From assembly GCA_965242525.1 (NCBI GenBank), contig OZ251459.1, forward strand, positions 2,016,001-2,080,000: a DNA stretch of 64,000 nt, read 5' to 3'. This DNA comes from an uncultured Candidatus Binatia bacterium. Lineage in GTDB: Bacteria; Desulfobacterota; Binatia; UBA9968; JAJDTQ01. The stretch's first letter is position 1; each line of letters opens with the position of its first letter. Positions 19,157-27,371 of this stretch are shown here, in pieces. The notes under the pieces are model-generated. The model worked only from the letters and a program-made list of their open reading frames with translations. It ran no database searches and was not told the DNA's origin. The position numbers and the translations under genes were made by a program.

Positions 19157-20548
19157 CTAGCGGGGGGAGCCGTCTGCCGCCACCGCGGCGATGGCGTCCC
19201 GCAAGACGGCGACCATCTCGTCGATCTGCTCCCGGGTGACCACCAGCGGCGGACACAACGCGAGGGTGTCGCCCGGGCACACCCGCAGCAGGAGGCCGTT
19301 GGCCAGCGCCTCTTCCAGGACCCTTCGCCCCACCTGCTCTTCCGGGGGAAATGGCTCCCGGGTGGCCTTGTCCTTCACCAGCTCCACCGCGGCCATGAGT
19401 CCCCGGCCGCGCACGTGGCCGACCGTGGGCAGGTCCGACAGGGTGGCCACCCGCTCCTGCAGGTAAGGACCCAACTCCGCGGCCCGCTCCACCAGGCGCT
19501 CCCGTTGGATGATGTCGAGGTTGGCCAGGGCCGCGGCGCACGCCACCGGGTGGCCGGTGTAGGTGTAGCCGTGGAAGAACGCGTCGTCGCCCTTGGCCAG
19601 GAGGGTCTGGAACAGATCCTCCTTGAACAGCATGGCGCCCAGCGGGAGATAGCCGCTGGTGATGCCCTTGGCGGTGATGAGCACATCCGGCGTCACGCCC
19701 TCCCCGGCGCACGCGAACAGGCTGCCGGTGCGCCCGAAGCCCGTGATCACCTCGTCGCAGACCATCAGGACGCCGTGCCGGTCACAGATCTCCCGGATGC
19801 GGGCAAGCCACCCCCGGGGCGGCACGACCACCCCGCCCCCGCCCTGGACGGGCTCGGCCACGAAGGCCGCCACCGCGTCCATGCCCTCCTGCTCGACGAT
19901 CCTTTCGAGCTCGTCGGCGCAGGCCAGCTCGCAGCCCGGCCAGGTCTTCCCCAACTCACAGCGGTAGCAGTGGGGCCGCGCCATGTGTTGCACTCCCGGC
20001 AGGCCCGGCTCCATCTGCCGGTTGAAGACCGGTATCCCCGTGAGCATGGCTGCGCCGCTGGAGGAGCCGTGGTAGCCGTGGTTCAAGGTGACGAACCGGG
20101 TGCGCCGGGGCTCCCCCCTGGCCTTCCAGTAGGCCCGCACCAGGCGGATCATGCTTTCGTTGGCCTCGGAGCCGCCGGAGGTGAACACCACCCGGGTGAG
20201 ACCCTCCGGAGCCATCTCCGCCAACCGGGACGCCAGCCGGACGGTGGGTTCCGAGGTGGGACCCACGAGGGTGGGCGCGAAGGCGAGCCGGTCCATCTGT
20301 TCGGCCGCCGCCCGGGTGATCTCGGTCCGCCCGTGGCCCACGTGCACGTTCCAGAGGGTGGAGAGGCCGTCGATGTAACGCTTGCCCAGGGCGTCCCAGA
20401 GATGGACCCCCTCGGCCCGGACGAATACCGGCAGGGTGCCGGACTGGTGCCGGGACAACGGCACGAAGCCGTGGACCAGGTGGTCCCGGTCCGCCCGGCT
20501 CAAGGCCGCAGCCCGCTCCAGGTCAACGGGAATCGGGACAGGGGGCAT
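19157..20548 (-). CDS. Class III (omega-amino acid) aminotransferase
   Basis: SGGSEAN, GYHG, AEPVQG, DEVITGFGRTG, TAKGITSGY, HGYTYTGHP. Confidence 0.88.
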   Translation of the reverse strand: MPPVPIPVDLERAAALSRADRDHLVHGFVPLSRHQSGTLPVFVRAEGVHLWDALGKRYIDGLSTLWNVHVGHGRTEITRAAAEQMDRLAFAPTLVGPTSEPTVRLASRLAEMAPEGLTRVVFTSGGSEANESMIRLVRAYWKARGEPRRTRFVTLNHGYHGSSSGAAMLTGIPVFNRQMEPGLPGVQHMARPHCYRCELGKTWPGCELACADELERIVEQEGMDAVAAFVAEPVQGGGGVVVPPRGWLARIREICDRHGVLMVCDEVITGFGRTGSLFACAGEGVTPDVLITAKGITSGYLPLGAMLFKEDLFQTLLAKGDDAFFHGYTYTGHPVACAAALANLDIIQRERLVERAAELGPYLQERVATLSDLPTVGHVRGRGLMAAVELVKDKATREPFPPEEQVGRRVLEEALANGLLLRVCPGDTLALCPPLVVTREQIDEMVAVLRDAIAAVAADGSPR

Positions 20549-20551
20549 GGC

Positions 20552-21583
20552 TCACAGCCGGTAGTAGCGCCTGGGGTTGTCGCACAGGATCTTCTTGCGG
20601 AGGTCGGGGGCCAGGTCCTCGCGGGCGAAGAAGTCCGGCAGGTCGTGGAAGAACTCCGAGCGCGCCCGCTCGTGGGGGTAGTCCGAGGCCCACAGCACCT
20701 GGTCCCCTCCCAGCCGGTCCAGCACGTAGGGCAGGCTCTTCTCGTCCACCTCGCAGGTGAAGAAGATGTTGCCGCCCCGTATGATGTCGCTGGGGCGCTG
20801 CTGCACCGCCAGGGCGTGGCCGCGGCGCTCCCAGTTCTCGTCCAGTGCGTCCATCATGAACGGCACCCAGCCGGTGCCGCATTCGAGGTAGGCCACCCGC
20901 AATTTGGGGAAGCGGTCGAAGACGCCGCTGTTCACCATGCTCATGATCTGCATCATCTGCGGCATGGTGTGCTCCAGGGGGCGCGCTTCCGCCAAGCTCT
21001 CGAAGATGTCCAGGCCCAGGCCGGTGACCGGCCCGCCGTGGACCCCCAAAGGGCAGTCCAGCCGTTCCGCTTCGGCGTAGAGGGGGTCGAACTGGCTCCC
21101 TCCCAGGCCCACCAGCGGGGCCATGACCGACGGGATCACCCCCGACACCATGCCCAGTTCCTCGACGCAGCGGCGCAACTCCGCGACCGCGGCGCCGATG
21201 TCCTGCACCGGCAGCAGGGCCACGCCCTTGAGCCGATCCGACCGGCGCCCGAAGCAGTCGTGGAGCCAGTCGTTGTAGGCCCGGGCCACCGCGACGGCCC
21301 AGCCCTTGTTGCGGATCTGGCCGTGGAACAGGGCGTTGCTGGGGTAGAGGACCGTCTGTTCGATGTTCGACTCTTCCAGGAAGCCCAGCCAGTTGTCCGC
21401 GTCCGGCACCTCGGCCTTGTGGCGGGAGGACATGCCCCGCATCCAGCCGTCGGTGAGGGGAAAGAAATAGTATTCCCGGGTCCAGTCCTTGTCGCACCAG
21501 GGTTCCGGCAGGTAGCGGCGCAGGTCCTTGTCCTGGTCCACCACGTGGCCGTCCGCGTCGATGATCCCGTAGTCGAGTTCCAT
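20552..21583 (-). CDS. Amidohydrolase_2 family protein
   Basis: IIDADGHV, RAYNDWL, LWASDYPH. Confidence 0.85.
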   Translation of the reverse strand: MELDYGIIDADGHVVDQDKDLRRYLPEPWCDKDWTREYYFFPLTDGWMRGMSSRHKAEVPDADNWLGFLEESNIEQTVLYPSNALFHGQIRNKGWAVAVARAYNDWLHDCFGRRSDRLKGVALLPVQDIGAAVAELRRCVEELGMVSGVIPSVMAPLVGLGGSQFDPLYAEAERLDCPLGVHGGPVTGLGLDIFESLAEARPLEHTMPQMMQIMSMVNSGVFDRFPKLRVAYLECGTGWVPFMMDALDENWERRGHALAVQQRPSDIIRGGNIFFTCEVDEKSLPYVLDRLGGDQVLWASDYPHERARSEFFHDLPDFFAREDLAPDLRKKILCDNPRRYYRL

Positions 21584-21615
21584 AGGGAAAAACCTCCGTA
21601 TGCGCTTCGGCGTAC

Positions 21616-23085
21616 TCAGCGTATCATCGAGCGGCCGGACTCGCCCGAATAGTTGACGAACACGGTCTTGAGCTCGGTGAAGAAGTTGATGCCTTCCTCG
21701 GACATCTCCCGCTCCCCCACCCCGGTGGCCTTGATGCCGCCGAAGGGAAGCTGGGCCTCGCCGCCGATGGTGGGTTCGTTCACGTGGACCATGCCGGTCT
21801 CCACTTCCTCCACGAAACGCATGACCGTCTGCACGTCCCGGGTGAAGATGGACGTGGTGAGGCCGAACTCCACCGAGTTGGCGAAGGCGATGGCCTGGTC
21901 CAGGTCCCCGGCCGCGGCCACCGAAAGCACCGGACCGAAGATCTCCTCGCGGAAGATGCGCATGTCGGGGGTCACGTCGTCGAACACCGTGGGCTCCACG
22001 TAGTAGCCGTGGTCCAGCCCCGGGGGCCGGCCGCCCCCGGCCACCAGCCGGGCCCCTTCCTGCTTGCCCACCTCGATGTACTCCAGGTCGGTCTTCCACT
22101 GGCTCTCGTCCACCGCGGGCCCCATGTCCACGTCGCCGTCCAGGCCCGGCCCCACGCGGATCTTCCGGGCGTGGTCCTCCAGCCGGGCCACCAGTTCGTC
22201 CTTGGCGGCGCCGATGGCGATGACCCGGGAGGTGGCGGTGCAGCGCTGGCCGGTGGAGCCGAAGGCCCCGTCCCGGATGGCCACCGCGGCCTTGTCCAGG
22301 TCGCAGTCGGGCATGACGATGACCGCGTTCTTGCCGCCCATCTCGCAAGTCACCTTGGCGCCCCGGGATGCGGCCTTCACGTAGAGGTCGCTGCCGATCT
22401 GGTTGGAGCCGGTGAACGACACCACCGGGATGCGCGCGGAACCCACCATGGTCTCGCCCACGTCCGACCCCGACCCCACCACCACGTTGAAGACCCCCGG
22501 CGGAAGGCCCGCTTCCTCATAGACCTCCGCCAGCAGGCCCGCGGTGGCGGGAGTCAGTGAGGCGGGCTTCAGCACCACCGAGTTGCCCGCCACCAGCGCC
22601 GGGGCCGACTTCCACACCGGTATGGCCCAGGGAAAGTTCCACGGCGCGATCAACCCCACCACCCCCATGGGCTGCCGGATGGTGTAGGTGAAGGTGTCCC
22701 GGGCCTCGGACGGAAGGGTCTTGCCGCCGATGCGGTAACCGGCCCCGGCGTTGTACTCCAGCAGCGAGACCCCCTTGAGCACCTCGCCCCGGGCCTCCTT
22801 GAATATCTTCCCCTCCTCGCGGGTCATGGTCTCGGCGATCTCGTCCGCGCGCCGGCGCGCGATGTCCGCGGCCCGCCAGAGCACCCGCCCCCGCTCCGGC
22901 CCCGGGGTCTTCCTCCACCCCCGGAAAGCGGCCGCCGCGGCGTCGATGGCCCCCTCGGTGTCCGCAGCCGTGGCCATGGGGAACTCGGCGATCACGTCCC
23001 GTGTGTCCGCGGGGTTGACGTTGCGCACCCGCCTGTCGGAATCGGGCTGGCGCCACTCGCCGTTGATGTAGGAACCGGTATGCAT
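21616..23085 (-). CDS. Aldehyde dehydrogenase (KGSADH-like)
   Basis: [35 protein letters not shown]. Confidence 0.9.
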   Translation of the reverse strand: MHTGSYINGEWRQPDSDRRVRNVNPADTRDVIAEFPMATAADTEGAIDAAAAAFRGWRKTPGPERGRVLWRAADIARRRADEIAETMTREEGKIFKEARGEVLKGVSLLEYNAGAGYRIGGKTLPSEARDTFTYTIRQPMGVVGLIAPWNFPWAIPVWKSAPALVAGNSVVLKPASLTPATAGLLAEVYEEAGLPPGVFNVVVGSGSDVGETMVGSARIPVVSFTGSNQIGSDLYVKAASRGAKVTCEMGGKNAVIVMPDCDLDKAAVAIRDGAFGSTGQRCTATSRVIAIGAAKDELVARLEDHARKIRVGPGLDGDVDMGPAVDESQWKTDLEYIEVGKQEGARLVAGGGRPPGLDHGYYVEPTVFDDVTPDMRIFREEIFGPVLSVAAAGDLDQAIAFANSVEFGLTTSIFTRDVQTVMRFVEEVETGMVHVNEPTIGGEAQLPFGGIKATGVGEREMSEEGINFFTELKTVFVNYSGESGRSMIR

Positions 23086-23207
23086 GCGCGTCTCCTTGGG
23101 GTTTCCTTGGCGTCTCCTTGGGATCGTGCACCGTGCGTTGACGTGAGTGCGATTAAAAAAGACTAACCGTGCCGTGTCAAGCGTTGGCGGGCCGTACCCG
23201 CCTTGAT

Positions 23208-23277
23208 CCGTTCGTCCTGAGCGTAGCGAAGCGAAGTCGAAGGACGCGCTCTTCCCCCGGGATTGTCCAGAGGTTCC
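23208..23277 (-). repeat. Partial MITE-A (core + one TIR)
   Basis: Core followed by GATTGTCCAGAGGTTCC. Confidence 0.8.
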
Positions 23278-23316
23278 TTGAAACCCCGAGCAGGATTTGC
23301 CATGGTTCCCGCCACC

Positions 23317-26300
23317 ATGAGACCCTCGCCTCTCCTTCAACCCTCGCCCTTCCTTCGCGCCGCGGTCCTCGCAGCCGGACTCCTGCTGGTTCCGTCCGCG
23401 GCCTGGAGCAAATCGGCCAAGGAAGTGTTCCAGCAAGCCGCCCCCTCGGTAGTCGTGGTGCTGGCCCTGGGCAGGAACGGCGCCACCACCGGCCAAGGCA
23501 GCGGCGTGGTGGTGGGCCGCACGGAAGTGGTCACCAACTGCCACGTGGTGGAAGACGCCGCGGGCATCGCGGTGCGCCAAGCCTCGGACCACACGGGCGA
23601 AACGACTTGGCGCATGGAGGCGTCCGTGCTGGCCCGGAACGACGAACGCGACCTGTGCCTGTTGTACGTGGACCAGTTGTCGGACCCGCCGGCACCCTCC
23701 ACGGCGCGCCTCGGTTCGGCCAAGACCTTGTCAGTGGGCGAGGAAGTCTATGCCATCGGCGCCCCCCGGGGCCTGGAACTGTCCCTGTCCCGCGGCATCG
23801 TGTCCCAACTGCGCGGCGTCCTGGGCAAGCGCCGTGGCCCCTTGATCCAGACCGACGCCGCCATCTCCCCCGGCTCGTCCGGCGGCGGCCTCTTCAACGC
23901 CAACGGCGAACTCGTCGGGATCACCACCTTCAAGCGGAGAGGCGAGAACCTGAACTTCGCCCTTCCCGCGGATTGGGTACGGGAGTTGCGGGAGCAGGGC
24001 CGGTCGGCGTTGGAGGCGGCGAAACTGCAGGCGGAGTGTGAGGAGAATCCGGATTTCGACTGTCTTGTGGCGCTGGCTGTGATGGATGCGGGGATGGAGG
24101 ATGCTGGTTTGCGAAGGCTTACCTTGTGGAACATCGCGGAGGCGCTACGTAACATCACAGAAATGCAAACCAAAGCAGGAAACGTGACTGATGCACTTCA
24201 AACCGCGCAGAAAATCGACGATGCTGGTTTCCGTGCAACGGTATTGAAAGGTATCAAAATCGCACACAGAGACATTCTAGCCGCACAAGCGAAAGCGGGA
24301 AACGTGACTGGTGCACTCAATACTGCGCAAAAAATCGACGACGCCGAGTGGCGTACAGAGATATTGGCTAAGATCGCAGTCACACAAGCGAAAGCGGGAA
24401 ACGTAGCTGACGCATTCGAAACCACGCAGACAATCGACGACCCGGAGTGGCATGCACGAACATTGGGTAGCATCGCATACGCACAAGTCGAAGCGGGAAA
24501 CGTGCCTGCTGCACTCAATACTGCGCAAAAAATCGATCGTGCAAAGGAGCGTGCAGCGATATTGACACTCATTGCACTCGCACAAGTCGAAGCAGGAGAA
24601 TCACAAGCGGCCAGAAAGACGCTAGCTAATGTAATCAATACCGCACAGACAATGGACGACCCGGAGTGGCGTGCACAGACATGGAGCTTCATCGCAGCTA
24701 TACAAATGGAGATGGGAAACGTGCCTGGTGCGCTCAATGCCGCGCAAAAAATCGACGACGCCGAGTCGGGTGCATATCTATTGAGCGAAATCGCAGTCAC
24801 ACAAGCGAAAGCGGGAAACGTGGCTGACGCACTCAAAACCATGCAGAGAATCAGCGACGCGGAGTGGCGTGCAACGGCATTAAGAGCCATTGCAGCCGCA
24901 CAAGCGAAAGCGAGAGAACCACAAGCAGCCAGAAAGACGTTGGCTAATGCAATCAATGCCGCACAGACAATCGACAATGCGTACAGGCGTGCAAGGGCAT
25001 TGGAAGATATTAAAACCGCACACAGAGATATTGCAACTGCACAAGCGAAAGCGGGAAACGTGGCTGACGCACTCGAAACCACGCAGAGAATCGACGACCC
25101 AGACTGGCGTGCACGAACGTTGACCGGCATCGCAGCCGCACAAATGGAAACGGGAGAGCGGCGATCAGCCAGAAATACATTCGCTGAGGCAATCAATGCC
25201 GCACAGACAATCGACAAGGCGTGGGCCCGTTCGTCGAGATTGACAGAAGTTGCAGCCGCACAAGCAAAAGCAGGGGAGCAGCAAGCAGCCAGAAATACAT
25301 TCACTAAGGCAATCAATGCCACGCAGAGAATCGACGACCCGGAGGGGCGTGCAGGAACATTGACTGGCATCGCAGCCGCACAAGCGAAAGCGGGAGAGTG
25401 GCAAGCGGCCAGCAATACATTCACTGAGGCAATCAATGTCGCACAGACAATCGACAATGCGTACCTGCGTGCATTGGGATTGAAGAAGATCGCAACTGCA
25501 CAAGCGAAAGCAGGAAACGTGGCTGACGCACTCGAAACCACGCAGAGAATCCACGACCCGGACTCACGTGCACAAACGTTGACCGGCATCGCAGCCGCAC
25601 AAATGGAAACGGGAGAGCGGCGATCAGCCAGCAATACATTCGCTGAGGCAATCAATGCCGCACAGACAATCGACAAGGCGTGGGCCCGTTCGTCGAGATT
25701 GACAGAAGTCGCAGCCGCACAAGCAAAAGCAGGGGAGCAGCAAGCAGCCAGAAATACATTCACTGAGGCAATCAATGCCACGCAGAGAATCGACGACCCG
25801 GAGCGGCGTGCACAAACATTGACTGGCATCGCAGCCGCACAAATGGAAACGGGAGAGCGGCGATCAGCCAGAAATACATTCACTGAGGCAATCAATGCCG
25901 CACAGAGAATCCATAGTGCAAAGCCCCGCTCGTCGAGATTGGAGGAAATCGCAACCGCACAAGCGAAAGCGGGAGAGCAGCAAGCGGCCAATCGGACGTT
26001 GACTGCTGCTTTCGATGCGGCACAGTATCTCAATACGCCCTACGATCGCCTTACGACCTCTGCAAGAATCTTGTCCACCCAGGCGAAAACAGGAAATGTC
26101 AATGACGCGATGGAAGCCTTCAAGAAGACATTCAAGGCCCGGGAGACACATCTTTCGGAAGCGGCGTTGAGGCTGGATCGCTCAGATCGAGTCCTGGTCC
26201 AGCGTGGTCTCGCGTCGTTGGGCAAGGACGTGGGGGCTGCCGACGGAGTTTTCGGACAACGGACCCGGGCGGCGGTGCGTTCGTGGCAAGTGGATGCAGG

Positions 26301-26448
26301 GTTCAAGGCCACCGGCCACCTGACACGAGAGCAGGCGGCCAGACTGATCGCCGCCGGTCGTCGTGCTGCCGCCGCGGCGACGGAAACACAACGGCTGAAG
26401 GAGTTTTGCGCTGAAGTCCCACAGTCCGAGCTTTGCCGTGACCTTTGA
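23317..26448 (+). CDS. Secreted trypsin-like (S1) serine protease + long TPR/HEAT-like helical repeat array + C-terminal peptidoglycan-binding domain
   Basis: Signal peptide; VVTNCHVV, DLCLL, ISPGSSGGGL; repeats (IAxAQAKAGNVADALxTAQxIDD); VQRGLASLG...ADGVFGQRTRAAVRSWQ...TG. Confidence 0.85.
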   Translation: MRPSPLLQPSPFLRAAVLAAGLLLVPSAAWSKSAKEVFQQAAPSVVVVLALGRNGATTGQGSGVVVGRTEVVTNCHVVEDAAGIAVRQASDHTGETTWRMEASVLARNDERDLCLLYVDQLSDPPAPSTARLGSAKTLSVGEEVYAIGAPRGLELSLSRGIVSQLRGVLGKRRGPLIQTDAAISPGSSGGGLFNANGELVGITTFKRRGENLNFALPADWVRELREQGRSALEAAKLQAECEENPDFDCLVALAVMDAGMEDAGLRRLTLWNIAEALRNITEMQTKAGNVTDALQTAQKIDDAGFRATVLKGIKIAHRDILAAQAKAGNVTGALNTAQKIDDAEWRTEILAKIAVTQAKAGNVADAFETTQTIDDPEWHARTLGSIAYAQVEAGNVPAALNTAQKIDRAKERAAILTLIALAQVEAGESQAARKTLANVINTAQTMDDPEWRAQTWSFIAAIQMEMGNVPGALNAAQKIDDAESGAYLLSEIAVTQAKAGNVADALKTMQRISDAEWRATALRAIAAAQAKAREPQAARKTLANAINAAQTIDNAYRRARALEDIKTAHRDIATAQAKAGNVADALETTQRIDDPDWRARTLTGIAAAQMETGERRSARNTFAEAINAAQTIDKAWARSSRLTEVAAAQAKAGEQQAARNTFTKAINATQRIDDPEGRAGTLTGIAAAQAKAGEWQAASNTFTEAINVAQTIDNAYLRALGLKKIATAQAKAGNVADALETTQRIHDPDSRAQTLTGIAAAQMETGERRSASNTFAEAINAAQTIDKAWARSSRLTEVAAAQAKAGEQQAARNTFTEAINATQRIDDPERRAQTLTGIAAAQMETGERRSARNTFTEAINAAQRIHSAKPRSSRLEEIATAQAKAGEQQAANRTLTAAFDAAQYLNTPYDRLTTSARILSTQAKTGNVNDAMEAFKKTFKARETHLSEAALRLDRSDRVLVQRGLASLGKDVGAADGVFGQRTRAAVRSWQVDAGFKATGHLTREQAARLIAAGRRAAAAATETQRLKEFCAEVPQSELCRDL

Positions 26449-26590
26449 GCACCCTCGAAGGCACGGCGGAAAAGCGCGCTTGTCCTTCGACTTGGCCGAA
26501 GGCGCCGTGCTCGTACTTAGGCTGCCTTCCTTCACCTTGAGTTTCGCTTTGCAGAGGAACCCCTGAGCATCGGGGGAACCGGCCATCCCC

Positions 26591-27088
26591 ATGTCCTCAT
26601 CCGCCAACTTGAAGCACGTCACCATCTACACGGACGGAGCCTGCCTCGGGAACCCGGGGCCGGGGGGCTACGGCGTCGTCCTCCTATACAACGGCAAACG
26701 GCGGGAGATCAGCCACGGCTACCGCAAGACCACCAACAACCGCATGGAGATCATGGCCGTCTTGGCGGGCCTCCGGTCCCTGAAGGAGCCGTGCCGGGTG
26801 ACCCTTTACAGCGACTCCCGGTACGTGGTGGACGCCATGTCCAAGGGATGGGCCAAGCGGTGGCGGGAACGGAACTGGAAGAGGAACGCCAGGGAGTCCG
26901 CCCGGAACCCCGACCTATGGGCCGAGTTGCTCGACCTGTCCGACCGGCACCGGGTGGACTACCGCTGGATCAAGGGACACGCGGGCGATCCGCTAAACGA
27001 GCGTTGCGACGATCTCGCAGTGGCCGCCGCCCATGACCCGGATAGGAGCGTCGATGCAGCCTACGAGAACCAAACGGGGATGTCCTGA
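26591..27088 (+). CDS. rnhA: Ribonuclease HI
   Basis: IYTDGACLGNPGPGG, TTNNRME, SDSRYV, KGHAG, NERCD. Confidence 0.96.
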   Translation: MSSSANLKHVTIYTDGACLGNPGPGGYGVVLLYNGKRREISHGYRKTTNNRMEIMAVLAGLRSLKEPCRVTLYSDSRYVVDAMSKGWAKRWRERNWKRNARESARNPDLWAELLDLSDRHRVDYRWIKGHAGDPLNERCDDLAVAAAHDPDRSVDAAYENQTGMS

Positions 27089-27118
27089 TTCACGGGAAGG
27101 CGTCGACACGAATTTTCC

Positions 27119-27316
27119 GGCTCTTCCGGCTTTTGTGTGGGTAAGGTAGGAGGGGAAAGGTGCGACAGGGTTCAAGGACCGACCATGGAGGAAGCGATGC
27201 CAGACCGGGAGTTGTACGCGAGGCTACTGGGGATCGAAGCGCCGTGGCGAGTGGAGGGAGTGGAGTTGAGGCTGGAAGAGGGAAAGGTGGTGGTACAGGT
27301 TGGACACGGGAGGTAG
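27119..27316 (+). pseudogene. Truncated ISL3-family IS: left end + first 39 codons of the transposase
   Basis: Left end GGCTCTTCCGGCTTTTGTGTGGGTAAGGTAGGAGGGGAAAGG matches MITE-B. ORF 27197-27316 MPDRELYARLLGIEAPWRVEGVELRLEEGKVVVQVGHGR* resembles ISL3 transposase N-termini. Confidence 0.8.
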
Positions 27317-27371
27317 GGAGTAAAGTTATCCAGAGTGTGACCACGAGGCATCAGTCGATATCTCCGCTATT

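Noticed and set aside
18983-21652. 889-aa + strand ORF (similarly 53822-56743, 39547-41682, 6866-8920)
   Set aside because: Antisense shadows of high-GC genes that have clear motifs on the opposite strand.
24198-26033. 611-aa antisense ORF
   Set aside because: Shadow of the repeat-rich protease gene; low-complexity Ala/Cys/Ser composition.
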